Source of the DNA: a virus
Taxonomy: Duplodnaviria > Heunggongvirae > Uroviricota > Caudoviricetes
IMG/VR virus record: IMGVR_UViG_3300028591_000092
Coordinates: 107,662-171,661 of that record
Strand: one strand, 5' to 3'
DNA length: 64,000 nt
Within the stretch, counting starts at the first letter, position 1; every line of letters starts with the position of its first letter. A program made the position numbers and the translations under genes. Below, piece after piece: positions 23,778-34,007 of this stretch. The notes under the pieces were generated by a model. The model searched no databases. It saw nothing but the letters and a program-made list of their open reading frames with translations, and was not told the origin of the DNA.

Positions 23778-24299
23778 ATGACGTGCCGTTTTAATAATGT
23801 GGTATCGTGTATTAATTTGTCAACACAGATGGCTCTCGTGAGCCTGATTACTGATGGCTTTATGCTCACCACGAGGAAATATCATGGCTGGGTAATTGAG
23901 GGCCCAGATGGGCAGGTTGTTAAACTGTCAAAAGGTCTTAGCCTATGGGCAGACGTGTTTAGGACTTGGAAGCCAGAAGTGTTGAGAGATCGGATAAAGC
24001 TCCGTCTTCGCGGGGCCGAGACACAACTGTGGTTCAGGGGATCGGACCAAATTCCTACTGGCCTTCCAGAAGTGAAGGTAATTAAAAGTAGTCCAACCTG
24101 GCTACAGCATCTAGCAGGGGCAGACTGCTCACTGCCGGCCCCAAAAGAGGGGCAAAGAATAATCTTTGGCACCCTCATATATGAGAGGTGTCTTCTCGTC
24201 GGTGGGGACACCGACAGATGGAAACTTATCGAGTTTCCGTCAGAGACTTTAGCCCGCATATGTTGTGGGGAAGTTGATAACTCGACCGAGCGAGTATAA
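23778..24299 (+). CDS. hypothetical protein in GC-rich island (antisense ORFs 23882..24328 and 23453..23713 are probably artefacts)
   Basis: 173-aa ORF; ~50% GC against a ~30% background. Confidence 0.4.
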   Translation: MTCRFNNVVSCINLSTQMALVSLITDGFMLTTRKYHGWVIEGPDGQVVKLSKGLSLWADVFRTWKPEVLRDRIKLRLRGAETQLWFRGSDQIPTGLPEVKVIKSSPTWLQHLAGADCSLPAPKEGQRIIFGTLIYERCLLVGGDTDRWKLIEFPSETLARICCGEVDNSTERV

Positions 24300-24394
24300 A
24301 TAGACTTTAGGCTCGGTGCGTTGCCCAATCAGAAATGGTTGGGCAGGTAGTATTAACTAAAGTGCGTTAAGGAGCGCACGTTAAACAATAAAAA

Positions 24395-24673
24395 ATGAAA
24401 CAGGTGTTTGTTATCTTAGATGGACTTGACAAATTTGGAGGAAAAGGTCTTGTATTCAAAGTAGTGACAAGTTTATCCACTTTTGTTACTTCCGTACCCT
24501 CATGGGTCGGAACAGATTACAGATGCTCTCGTAACCAAGATGGGAGTGATCCTATTTGGTTTCCAATTGATCATCTTGAAGATTACCCTCCATTAAAAGT
24601 CTTCTATATTACGTTTACTAATTCTGAAGGGGACAAACATGTCTTTAGAATTGAAAGACGGAATGTCTATTAA
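24395..24673 (+). CDS. hypothetical protein
   Basis: ORF followed by GC-rich hairpin ACTCCTGCCAGTCAGGAGT. Confidence 0.5.
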   Translation: MKQVFVILDGLDKFGGKGLVFKVVTSLSTFVTSVPSWVGTDYRCSRNQDGSDPIWFPIDHLEDYPPLKVFYITFTNSEGDKHVFRIERRNVY

Positions 24674-24775
24674 TTCGAAACTCCTGCCAGTCAGGAGTCT
24701 ACACTCTTAGGCAAGGTGTACTGATGAGATAGCTCAACATTATTAACCTTTAAAAGTTGCGCACGACACGGATAA

Positions 24776-25024
24776 GTGTATAAAATTATGACAATGAACA
24801 TTGACATTACAGTGAGGTCTCACGGACTTTCCTCAGAAAATGTGTATGGAATTGCAATTTTGCAAGTCTTAAAACGAGACCTGGAAAGCCCTAATGCTTT
24901 CTGGGCGTCTCCCCTTGAGTATTGTTTGTATGCAGAGACAGACGAAGATATCAATTACTTAAGATCTTGGATATATTATAATCTAAGGGCAGATAAGAAC
25001 ATGTTATCCGACTTTGATGAATAA
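24776..25024 (+). CDS. hypothetical protein
   Basis: ORF followed by hairpin CTAGAGGC..GCCTCTAG. Confidence 0.5.
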   Translation: MYKIMTMNIDITVRSHGLSSENVYGIAILQVLKRDLESPNAFWASPLEYCLYAETDEDINYLRSWIYYNLRADKNMLSDFDE

Positions 25025-25103
25025 CAACAGGACTAGAGGCTTTGATCGGCCTCTAGTTCACTATTACAATTAACATTATTAACCATTAAAAGAAAGGAAC
25101 AAC

Positions 25104-25421
25104 ATGTTTACTTATGAAACAGAACTTGCACTATCTGTACTTAAAGGTATTCCTGATAATGTAAGTTATTACAGTGTCTTAAAAGAGGCTGACCGAATTG
25201 CCTGGATTAGAGAAAGAAGGCGAACTACCAATCTTAATGCATATAAAGAGTCCAAATCTTTAGATGCTGTAAGAGCATGGAAACGAGGTTCATATATACG
25301 CCTTGTAAACAGAAGAAGTATTCGAGGTCGTCAGCATTGGGTAGCACCGTCTACATTTAAATCTCATGTTCCAGGTGTGCACTTTATAATTAATGCAGGA
25401 GGATTGACTGCATTTAATTAA
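25104..25421 (+). CDS. hypothetical basic protein
   Basis: ORF track. Confidence 0.5.
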   Translation: MFTYETELALSVLKGIPDNVSYYSVLKEADRIAWIRERRRTTNLNAYKESKSLDAVRAWKRGSYIRLVNRRSIRGRQHWVAPSTFKSHVPGVHFIINAGGLTAFN

Positions 25422-25449
25422 TCCGGCAGGACATCACCTATTGGTTTAG

Positions 25450-26055
25450 GTGGTGTTCACTAAGACCTTGGGCAAGTCTAACAAACAATTAATGGTGTTA
25501 AGGAGCACCGGCCTAAAATATAAAATTATGAATAACAAAATCTTTATTGATCGTTGCGAAACGTTGATCGTAACGATGAAGGCTGGCAACTATGCAGTTG
25601 TTACTTGCAGACAAGTAGCAAGATGGCTTAAGTGCTCTGAAGCTGTTGCTGGGAATTTCTTGGCGAAAATGTGCAAGATGAGTATGTTGCAGAAGCAAGG
25701 AGCTGCATCTAAGACGTCGTATAAACTTACCGAGTGGTTTAGCAACTCGCTCTTAGAAAGCTTAAACAAATGCAATGGCGATGTCGGAGCTGCAGCGAAG
25801 AAGACAGTCGCGTGGTTTGTTGAACACCCGAAAGTTGCCGTGCATGAGATCACGACGGCGACAGGAAATAAAATCACTAAGGTTGTGTCTAGTGAAAAGC
25901 TTTCCGAAGAAGCGCAAACTGCAACAAACTATCTGCTTGCTATCATTAAGCAGAATGGAGACCTACTTGCGGAAGTCCAACTCTTAAGAGAAGAAGTGCA
26001 AAGACTTTCTGAATATGAGCAGAAGTATAAACAAATTAAATCTCTCATGAAATGA
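25450..26055 (+). CDS. putative winged-helix/HTH regulator (two HTH-like repeats)
   Basis: YAVVTCRQVARWLKCSEAVAGNFLAKM and a second similar segment. Confidence 0.45.
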   Translation: MVFTKTLGKSNKQLMVLRSTGLKYKIMNNKIFIDRCETLIVTMKAGNYAVVTCRQVARWLKCSEAVAGNFLAKMCKMSMLQKQGAASKTSYKLTEWFSNSLLESLNKCNGDVGAAAKKTVAWFVEHPKVAVHEITTATGNKITKVVSSEKLSEEAQTATNYLLAIIKQNGDLLAEVQLLREEVQRLSEYEQKYKQIKSLMK

Positions 26056-26306
26056 AAGCAATTCAGCTAATAATAATCTTCGACGAGCCAAAACCAAGGC
26101 TTCCAGAAGAAGAAGATCTGGATCAGCTGTATCAAGATGATCCTGAAGAATATGAATATGGTTGGCAATATACTAATAACAAATAACAATTTACGTACTC
26201 CTCTTGTACCAGGAGGATAAACATGTTGGTATCAAAGTCTGGTGAACGCCAACACCCACTCTATTGGCTCAGAGTGTAATGTTTAACAATTTAAAATCTT
26301 ACAGTT

Positions 26307-26915
26307 ATGAAATCTATTGACAAAACTACTAACTTAGTAGAAGCATCGTTCGAGAACGCTCAGCAGTATAAACTGGGCACGTGTGGACTTGGAACCGGTA
26401 GACGGTTCATCGTTCTTCCTGGCAAGCAGAAAGCCGAGTATTTCAAGGCTGGGACTAAGAATATTCCAGTCTTTAAGTATCGTGCTGCTATGCTCGGCAG
26501 AGACAATGAAATACTTTGCATAGATGCAGTCAACGTATCTGACATGATCCGTAACACATACGGCCAAGTCAAGTACGATGAAGAAGGTAACAGACTGCCT
26601 GCTCCTCAGATAGAGTTTGCTATCTCTACAAACGGCACAAGAGTTCCATCTACGTTTGGAGAGGAAGTTTCATGCGGCTGGGACGTGCGCAAACAGTTCG
26701 TCAAGAAGGAGGGCGATAAATCCTTATATGACGGAGTGATCGACTATCCTCAGGCTTTCGAGGTAGTTGGGCACGAGTTCCACTGGGTATCAGATTTCGA
26801 TCCTATTACATGGACTACCAAGCAGGATGAGAAAGGCTTCGTTGCCATGAGAATTAAGCTGATCCCAATCATCAAGAGAATCGATGTGCCTGAAGGAGTT
26901 AAGATACCTGAATAG
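26307..26915 (+). CDS. hypothetical protein (higher GC)
   Basis: ORF track. Confidence 0.55.
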   Translation: MKSIDKTTNLVEASFENAQQYKLGTCGLGTGRRFIVLPGKQKAEYFKAGTKNIPVFKYRAAMLGRDNEILCIDAVNVSDMIRNTYGQVKYDEEGNRLPAPQIEFAISTNGTRVPSTFGEEVSCGWDVRKQFVKKEGDKSLYDGVIDYPQAFEVVGHEFHWVSDFDPITWTTKQDEKGFVAMRIKLIPIIKRIDVPEGVKIPE

Positions 26916-27052
26916 TCACACTAATAGCCTGGAGTGTAATACACTTCAGGTTATTTTTTTTGGCGACTCAACAAGGTTTCTTATTTTAATTACGGGAGTT
27001 GAAGAAAAAATTTATTCCCAGAATATTATTGTTTAATTTTAAAAATATTATT

Positions 27053-27718
27053 ATGAAACAGATCGTAAATGAATTGAGCAACGGCTATGCAGCCGACATC
27101 AAGCCGATGGAGTTAACCGAGAGTCAGGAACTTGCCTTGTCGCGTATGAGTCGACTTGTAGTAGGTGCAACGTATCTGTTCCCTGCTCAGATTTTCCACG
27201 CTAAGCCAACTGAGAACTCTGCAACGGGTTTCTCGAACCGCGCAGCATGTTATGAGATCGCCGATGATGGCTCGATTACTGGTATTAAGACGTTGAGCTA
27301 TTCTGCTCTTCGTGCTGCGTATCTTGGTCGCGTAACCGCTGATGCTGAGATTCCTGTAATTGAAGCAGAAGAGCGTGAAGGCCTGAAGCGTGCTAAAGCA
27401 GGACAGGCATCATTCGTTAGCAACATTAAGGGCGGTCAAGCTCCTATTCAGAAGCTTGAGAAGGACGGCAAGAAAACCGCAATCATTACTGCACCGTTCG
27501 CATTGAAGGTTACAGGACGTGGCGAGTTCTACACCACTATTCTGGAGCGTCGTGATGACGGCCGCTATGATATGCAGGTTGATGCAAACGGAAACCTTGC
27601 TATTACTAGCCGTAACGACTACGAGTTCGACTATGTCGTTCCTACCAAAGAGATGCTTGAGAGCATTAACCCTGTAAAGGATATGCCGGAGCTGAGCTCA
27701 AAGGGCTTCATCCTGTAA
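27053..27718 (+). CDS. hypothetical protein (ORF 26999..27718; likely start at MKQIVNEL)
   Basis: ORF track. Confidence 0.5.
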   Translation: MKQIVNELSNGYAADIKPMELTESQELALSRMSRLVVGATYLFPAQIFHAKPTENSATGFSNRAACYEIADDGSITGIKTLSYSALRAAYLGRVTADAEIPVIEAEEREGLKRAKAGQASFVSNIKGGQAPIQKLEKDGKKTAIITAPFALKVTGRGEFYTTILERRDDGRYDMQVDANGNLAITSRNDYEFDYVVPTKEMLESINPVKDMPELSSKGFIL

Positions 27719-27950
27719 TGTTCTCCTGTCTCAAAGGTTTCATAACTGAGGATAGAGTATTCGAAAGCGAGAGCCAAAGCTTTCGAGTACTCATCCCTCA
27801 AAGACTTAACTTTAAAGATTGGAATAGAGAAATCTATGCTAACTTTAGAGTAATAGGAAAGAATTATATAATGGACAACTATGTTCTAGCATAATTTTTT
27901 TCTATTCACTCAACAAGAAACAAAACTAGGCAATTTATTATTGCCTTTTT

Positions 27951-28130
27951 GGTCCTATCATCTAGCGGGATCACCCCAATAGCTCTAGTACTAGCCCGTA
28001 AGAGGTTTGCTCTAAGCCGTTATAGCTTTATGGTGCAAAGTATAAGCCGGAAGAAGGAAACAGTGAGGGAGTGGTCAAAGGATAAATACTTCTCAAGTAT
28101 GAAACAGAGGTTCGAATCCTCTTGGGACTA
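27951..28130 (+). tRNA. tRNA-Glu(CTC)-like gene with a ~110-nt insertion in the D-loop
   Basis: Acceptor GGTCCTA/TGGGACT (G1-U72, U6-G67), D-stem ATCT/GGAT, anticodon arm AATAC-TTCTCAA-GTATG, T-arm AGAGG-TTCGAAT-CCTCT, discriminator A, no CCA. Upstream terminator AGGCAATTTATTATTGCCTTTTT. Confidence 0.5.
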
Positions 28131-28241
28131 CAAAGCATGCTTGTGAGCATGTGGTGTTATTCATAATGTGTATATTTTTTCCCCAAGAAAGTGCTATATC
28201 TTTCTTTAAGAGAGTGCGTTGTAAAATGTGCTCTCTTTTTT

Positions 28242-28442
28242 GGTCTTATCGTCTAGCGGTGATAATTGCGGCGAATCTGATACTACCAAGGCATGAGATA
28301 TTTCTATTATAGAATATAGGTTGCCAGAAGTAGGGATACTGGGTCCCGAAGACGCGTTCGGTGTGCACCTGGAACACTCACAGTTATCTTAGGACAATTA
28401 CTTCTCAAGTAAAAAACGTTGGTTCGAATCCAGCTGAGACTA
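28242..28442 (+). tRNA. tRNA-Glu(CTC)-like gene with a ~140-nt D-loop insertion (paralog of 27951..28130)
   Basis: GGTCTTA/TGAGACT acceptor with compensatory C5-T/G68-A change relative to the paralog; D-stem GTCT/GGAC; loop TTCTCAA; T-arm GTTGG-TTCGAAT-CCAGC. Confidence 0.5.
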
Positions 28443-28550
28443 CAAAGGAAGCGCTCGCTTCGTTCATGATAATAGATTAAGTTGGTTTATACAATTCCTT
28501 AATAAGGCCGCTTGGGAAAGTAGCCTTATTTTTTTCTAAAGAAACTCATT

Positions 28551-28763
28551 ATGGAAATAATATTTGAACTAGTGCTAGTATTGCTGCTAGGCTCGGCAAT
28601 ATACACAATCTTCTTCCTTAATATAGAAGATAAACAACAATGCCCACGTTGCGGAAAACTTACAAAGTATCAAGGAGCATATGTGGAAAAAGAATCTGGT
28701 AAAATAGTTTACCAATATAAATGTGACTGTGGATATATGTGGAAATCTTATAAAAGATTGTAA
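28551..28763 (+). CDS. small membrane protein with zinc-ribbon-like CPRCG...CDCG
   Basis: ORF track. Confidence 0.45.
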   Translation: MEIIFELVLVLLLGSAIYTIFFLNIEDKQQCPRCGKLTKYQGAYVEKESGKIVYQYKCDCGYMWKSYKRL

Positions 28764-29012
28764 GTGAAGTGAGGGAGAAAACACTCTTCTCATCTCTAAC
28801 TCCCTCATAATCAATATATTACAGCACATTCCTCCTTTCTTTCCCTTCAAATTTTGCGCGAGTTATTTTAAATATTGATCTTAAATGTAGAATTTGAAGA
28901 TGTTTTTTAATTAAACCTAAACTTTAACTTTCATTTTATCTGTATACATACAGGATGATATTAAAAAACATATCCTATATTATCTATATTGTTTAATTTA
29001 ATTTTTTTTTGA

Positions 29013-29333
29013 ATGGTAAAAGTACTTACTCGTGATCAGATGGAGCATATGAAGCGTGAGATTGCTACTCATTATGCTGCTAATCTGACGTATGGATTTG
29101 AGCAGATGGCTCTACGTTTTGGAAAGACTCCTCAGCAAATTAGGGGTGTTTATTATCGTCATTTAAATAATGGCAAGGGTGCTACATTATTTCATTTACC
29201 CAACTCAAATCCTAATGTAAAGAACAAACGAATCGAACGTGAACAAGCAGTTCCTACTATGCGTACTCGCGCACAGGGAGAGGCTACTGGCATGATTGGT
29301 TCTGCTTTACATCGTCTACGTACACGTCATTAA
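29013..29333 (+). CDS. hypothetical basic protein
   Basis: ORF track. Confidence 0.5.
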   Translation: MVKVLTRDQMEHMKREIATHYAANLTYGFEQMALRFGKTPQQIRGVYYRHLNNGKGATLFHLPNSNPNVKNKRIEREQAVPTMRTRAQGEATGMIGSALHRLRTRH

Positions 29334-29347
29334 TAAAAGAACAGGTG

Positions 29348-29370
29348 TAGTCAAGTAAAGAGATACTTCG
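29348..29370 (+). promoter_or_regulatory. copy a of the conserved 23-nt motif TAGTCA..ACTTCG (abuts the 5' end of tRNA-Gln)
   Basis: tagtcaagtaaagagatacttcg. Confidence 0.4.
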
Positions 29371-29442
29371 ATTTTTTAGCTCATTAGGTAGAGCATAAAG
29401 TTTTGGTCTTTAAGGTAGTTGGTTCAATTCCAACAGAAATCA
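29370..29442 (+). tRNA. tRNA-Gln(TTG)
   Basis: Acceptor GATTTTT/AGAAATC, D-arm GCTC-ATTAGGTA-GAGC, anticodon arm TAAAG-TTTTGGT-CTTTA, T-arm GTTGG-TTCAATT-CCAAC. Confidence 0.7.
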
Positions 29443-29682
29443 ACATTTGTAATACTCTTTACGTTATTCTCACCTTATGGGTATCTCACATTGGTTTGTG
29501 TGATACCTTCTATTTTTTTAAATTGTTACAATTATGGAAGTTAAAGTAGTAGTCAGTCAGAAGGAGGCTGATGTTCAGGAGCTTAATAAGCTTTATGAAC
29601 AAATTCGTATTATTGCCAAAAGATATGGATTTAATCCTAGTAAAATCAACTCATCTTTGGATGAATTAAAAATGGCAATAGT

Positions 29683-30471
29683 ATGAAAGACATTTCTAAT
29701 ATGACCGTATATACAGAAGGTATGCGTAAAACTTTATTTGACAAATGTTATTTTGTTGATAAGGCAGATGCAAATATCTTTGTAGATTACGGTTGTGGAG
29801 ATGGATCATTGATTCGTCTTCTTAGTCAACTTTTTCCTGGTAATCTTTACATAGGATTTGATACTAATGTTCAGATGTTAGAACTGGCAAAGCAAGATAA
29901 AGAGGATAATGCTGTGTTTGTTGGAACTAAAGAAGAACTTATATCATTACTATTTGGGAAAACAGGTAAAAAGTGTCTTATACTTAACAGTGTGATACAT
30001 GAGATTCATTCTTATTGTACACCTGAAGAAATAGAAGAATTTTATTCTTTTATTTTCAGTGGTGTTTTTGACTATATCTGCATTCGTGATATGATGCCGT
30101 CTTACTCTATTAATCATATGAGTAATCCGTCATATGTAGATAAAGTAAAGCATGTTTTATCAACATGTCCTTTACCTTCTGCTATAACATATCTGAATGA
30201 TTTTGAAAGTATTTGGGGTTCTATTAATTTTAATAAGAACATGTATCATTTCTTTTTAAAATACAGATATACAGCAAATTGGAAGAGAGAGGTTGAAGAA
30301 AATTACTTTCCAATTTGTAAAGAAGAATTTAAAGAAACTATACCAAATACGTATGATATTATTTATTTAGAGGAATTTCTTCTTCCTTATTTAAAGAAAA
30401 TCATACAGGAAGATTTTGGTATTGTTTTGGATGAATGTACACACGTTAAGTTTGTATTAAAAAGAAAATAG
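29683..30471 (+). CDS. class I SAM-dependent methyltransferase
   Basis: Motif I VDYGCGDGS; 262 aa. Confidence 0.75.
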   Translation: MKDISNMTVYTEGMRKTLFDKCYFVDKADANIFVDYGCGDGSLIRLLSQLFPGNLYIGFDTNVQMLELAKQDKEDNAVFVGTKEELISLLFGKTGKKCLILNSVIHEIHSYCTPEEIEEFYSFIFSGVFDYICIRDMMPSYSINHMSNPSYVDKVKHVLSTCPLPSAITYLNDFESIWGSINFNKNMYHFFLKYRYTANWKREVEENYFPICKEEFKETIPNTYDIIYLEEFLLPYLKKIIQEDFGIVLDECTHVKFVLKRK

Positions 30472-30479
30472 GTATAATA

Positions 30480-31860
30480 ACCTAACGTTTGGAAGTTCGG
30501 ACATAAAACTTCAAAGAGGCGACGGTACAGACTTAGCTATTTGTTAAGTAGTCTCATAGACTGGTGATGAACTATTCCAGTCACTCTTTTCTCAATAACC
30601 GAAAGTGGGGGTCCTAAACATAAGTAGCGCTAAAATTATGAACAGGAGTATATAATGAAATACACGGAGAAAAGATTTTATTTTACTGCATAATAGTTCC
30701 GTAAGGACAAATCAGAGAGATACTACGTGCAGGTAATGGCTCTGATTTTTTTAATAGTGTTATTACTCCACTTAATAGAGTAATTAAAGTCCAATTCGGT
30801 CATAAGGACCACGAGAGATGATTGTCTAGGCTCTCACTTTTGACGGATGGAAAGACATCTAAGTTTAGTATTTTGAAAACAAAAGTACTCAGAATAATAC
30901 TCTGTGAAAGTATTTTTTTAAAATCAGAACGAATTGCAATAAGTTCTGATGGAGAGGTTGCAAACTCTCATGGATATGTAGTATAAAGGAGTACTCTGCT
31001 GGGCTAGTGGTTATAAATGCTGTACAAGCTACCAGACTACTCGGCGGCGGCGTAGGTTAGAATCCTACCATATCTTCTAAAATCCATCAAATGACACGAT
31101 GGTTGACTCCTATCAATAGAGTAGGTACAGGCTGTTATTAGAAGCCACACGTCCTCCCGTGAGTGTGAGGTGTCCCAAAGTTATTCTTTTACTGGCACAA
31201 AAGTTTTAGTCAAGAACAAAAAAAGACAATTTTGAGCATAGTCGTCTGATCAGGACTATGCCTTCTATCTAGAGTGATTCTCTAAGGTTGATTACCAATC
31301 ATCTGACACTTTAAAAGTAAGCCAATAGGGGAAACTTTGTCAAAGTTTTAATAGTTTACTGACGTAAGATCTCATCAATCGAAAACTATTTGTTAGTAAA
31401 TATGGTAGCTATTGAGTCGCTCTTAATAGTAGAGGTTCGATTCCTCTTTTACTTCTAAATCCAATTCTCACAATTGGTAGCAGGCTGTAATAGAAGCCAA
31501 GTTTATCACTATAATGCATAAAGTGACATCAAAGAGTTAGATGTAAAATAGGACTGGTCAACTCAAAAAAGATCTTGGGCATAATTGCTTGGTTGTAATT
31601 ATGCTTTCTAATTAGAAAATTTCTTAAAACTATGTACATAAGTTTAACATATCTATTGGGTTGGTTGTTGACTTAGTTTTAAGAGATACTTAAAAATCCA
31701 TTCTATGATACCATGTTTTCGTAGAATAAGTAAGTGACATGGCACAATGCAGTTTGGTGGATTCTGCTTATTTTAGATAATATAATATTGCCATATACAA
31801 CTTTGATAACCAATCAATTTTATATCTTCCCCTCCTAGAATCCGCTAGGAGGGGATAACC
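30480..31860 (+). ncRNA. ~1.4-kb ORF-free structured region with duplicated ~80-100-nt units (31055-31155 and 31425-31505), each holding a T-arm-like hairpin and a GGTA(G)CAGGCTGT.ATAGAAGCCA motif; group-I-like AAGTCCAATTC at 30787
   Basis: No ORF of 60 aa or more on either strand. GTAGGTTAGAATCCTAC and GAGGTTCGATTCCTC hairpins. AAGTCCAATTC is shared with the tRNA-Leu intron at 43985. Confidence 0.35.
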
Positions 31861-31868
31861 TAGGTATT

Positions 31869-32252
31869 ATGAAAGAAACAAAACATTATTTTGAAGTGGG
31901 AGGATTAAAAGTTTTTTGGAACTTTTGGCTATTACCTTCTAATTTTATTGCTATAACATTTTTTGGTTGTGTTTTGAGTAATTTAAAGTATGAAAATTTA
32001 AAGAAATATTTAGAGTCATATAAAGGATATGTTATGATTAATCATGAAAGAATCCATATGTTGCAAGCGAATTCTTTTATATTAGGTTATTTCACTTTTT
32101 ATATTTTATATCTTTGGTATTGGATAAAAGAATTATTTAAATATAGATTTAATAATAATCTTTCTTATTATAATATTCCTTTTGAAAAAGAAGCTTTTGA
32201 TAAAGAACTAGATTTTAAATATAGTTCTTCCAAATGGAAAAAATATATTTAA
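31869..32252 (+). CDS. membrane protein with HExxH-like motif (HERIH)
   Basis: ORF track; hydrophobic segments; HERIHMLQ. Confidence 0.45.
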   Translation: MKETKHYFEVGGLKVFWNFWLLPSNFIAITFFGCVLSNLKYENLKKYLESYKGYVMINHERIHMLQANSFILGYFTFYILYLWYWIKELFKYRFNNNLSYYNIPFEKEAFDKELDFKYSSSKWKKYI

Positions 32253-32904
32253 TTTTATTTTAATTTTTATTTACATAAATCAATCGACTACATTGACGAT
32301 GGATTTCTCATAGGAGATTAAATTCGGACAATTCAGTTGGGATTGCCTAAGTGGAATTTAATAATTGTCTATTAGAAAAACTCGTAGCTTTACCACCAAG
32401 TGTTGTTTTTTATTTATACTGGGCTGCTATTTAGCGTTATTCGAAAGCACAGATTGATTTATGTAACAGTTTTTATTATTTTGTACTGTAAACAAAATGA
32501 CGAAATTTATTACACCGATAGACAGTATATATAAGCTGCGTAATTGAGTTTGCTAGTTTCTAAAACAGTAAGTCGCCTAGCGCGTGTAAAACTAGAATCT
32601 TTTTACCTTTCACAAAGTAAGAAGTGTCCCGAATCATAGGGGTGAAAAGGGGTTTGTAATTAGCCTTAATAAAAAGATGAGTTGTGTGAGGTTACGCCGT
32701 CGTTAAAAAAGTAAATAACGAGACGGGGTTGGTAGAAGCTCTTCTGGATGATTACTATGCATTCATCGCACTTTGAATGTAAAGAAGAGGATATTAGTAT
32801 TCTAGTCATATTAAATTTAGATACATACTCTTACTAGAGGAGGATTGTGTTATGTATCTTTTATGCCGGGATAACTCTCGCCTAGTCAGCGGGCCTGGCT
32901 CCAA

Positions 32905-33870
32905 TAGTTGAAGGAAAACAACTTTAAATAAACCCAGTGAAGGTAAACACGTTAAAACCCGTAGTCTGCATCGTAGCAGAATTCATGTCCATGAAGCTTA
33001 TAGGACTAGGGTTTAGCAATTTACCGAAATAAAATTGCATTTTACTATAGTTGAAGGAAAACAACTTAAAAAACCCGTTGAAAGTTCAGCATACTAGTTT
33101 TGAGAACTTTACAAAGAACGATCGGTATAGAGGTTCCAAGAGAGTTGACAGGTAGTACAAGACTCTCAAATTTATAGTTGAAGGGAAACAACTTTAAAAA
33201 CCAAATTGAAATTGTAAATTAGAGAACTATATGCATTCTGGGTAAACCGCTAGGTCAGTGAACGTCTAATTTGCATCTTGCAAGATTTCAATTTTTATTT
33301 GAAGATACCGAGGATGAGTTGCAGATATGCAATCGGTGGAGGTTCACGATGATATTAGAGGTAATGCTCCGTAATCGGAATAATGTGAATGTAGGTATTA
33401 AAATTAGTTGAATGCAACAACTTTAAAAACATGCTACCGAGGCAAAAAGAGGGGAAGGTCCCAATTATCAATGACGTCCACGATAAAAGGGGGATTCGAA
33501 TGAAGATTCTAGAATTGATTTCGTTTCGTAGGTAGCATTCTATAGTTGAAGGAAAACAACTCTAATAAACCCTTGGCAGTGCGGATGTGACAAGTAAACT
33601 AACATTTATCCGCTCCTCGGGTTTTCGTAAGCTTTTGTCCATAAAAATGCTTACTGCGATCTAACACTGCAGAATTGTTAGAAGGAAGATAACACTGGGT
33701 TTATCCGTTTTGTAAGTGTGCGATAGATAACTTACTATGTTTAGATAAATTCATAGTCAAAAATTGTCCGTGTTTTAGTAATTTACCGTGAGGAATAAAG
33801 AACCGAAATTGCATTTTACTACAGTTGAAGGAAAACAACTTTGATAAAACCGTTGATGGAAAACAACTAA
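32905..33870 (+). repeat. array of 6 copies of a hairpin repeat (T)AGTTGAAGGAAAACAACTTTAAAAAACC separated by 130-280 nt unique segments
   Basis: Copies near 32905, 33044, 33174, 33405, 33540 and 33822. Inverted repeat AGTTG..CAACT. Two copies share a longer ATTGCATTTTACTA prefix. Confidence 0.6.
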
Positions 33871-34007
33871 GAAAACCCTTTCTTATAGTTATGAAGTAGT
33901 AGCTATACACGGCAGGCAGTGCTTCCGCCTTAATTTCTCACTTAATCTTAAAGTGATGGCTGATAGGAAAGACTATCAATTTTTATGTTTAATATAAATA
34001 ATATATT

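Noticed and set aside
23453-24328. Minus-strand ORFs 23453..23713 and 23882..24328
   Set aside because: They are antisense within a GC-rich segment where long spurious ORFs are expected; one overlaps the more plausible plus-strand gene 23778..24299.
23400-27750. Diversity-generating retroelement or other RT-based system in the GC-rich island
   Set aside because: No reverse-transcriptase-like ORF and no template/variable repeat pair were seen.
27949-28146. ORF 27949..28146 and the N-terminus of ORF 46633..46893
   Set aside because: They coincide exactly with tRNA-like RNA genes (27951..28130, 46635..46723) and are probably spurious.
32905-33870. Possible CRISPR array
   Set aside because: The repeat is a short hairpin followed by an A-tract, the spacers are 130-280 nt and irregular, and no cas genes are present. 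It looks more like a regulatory or processing repeat than a CRISPR.
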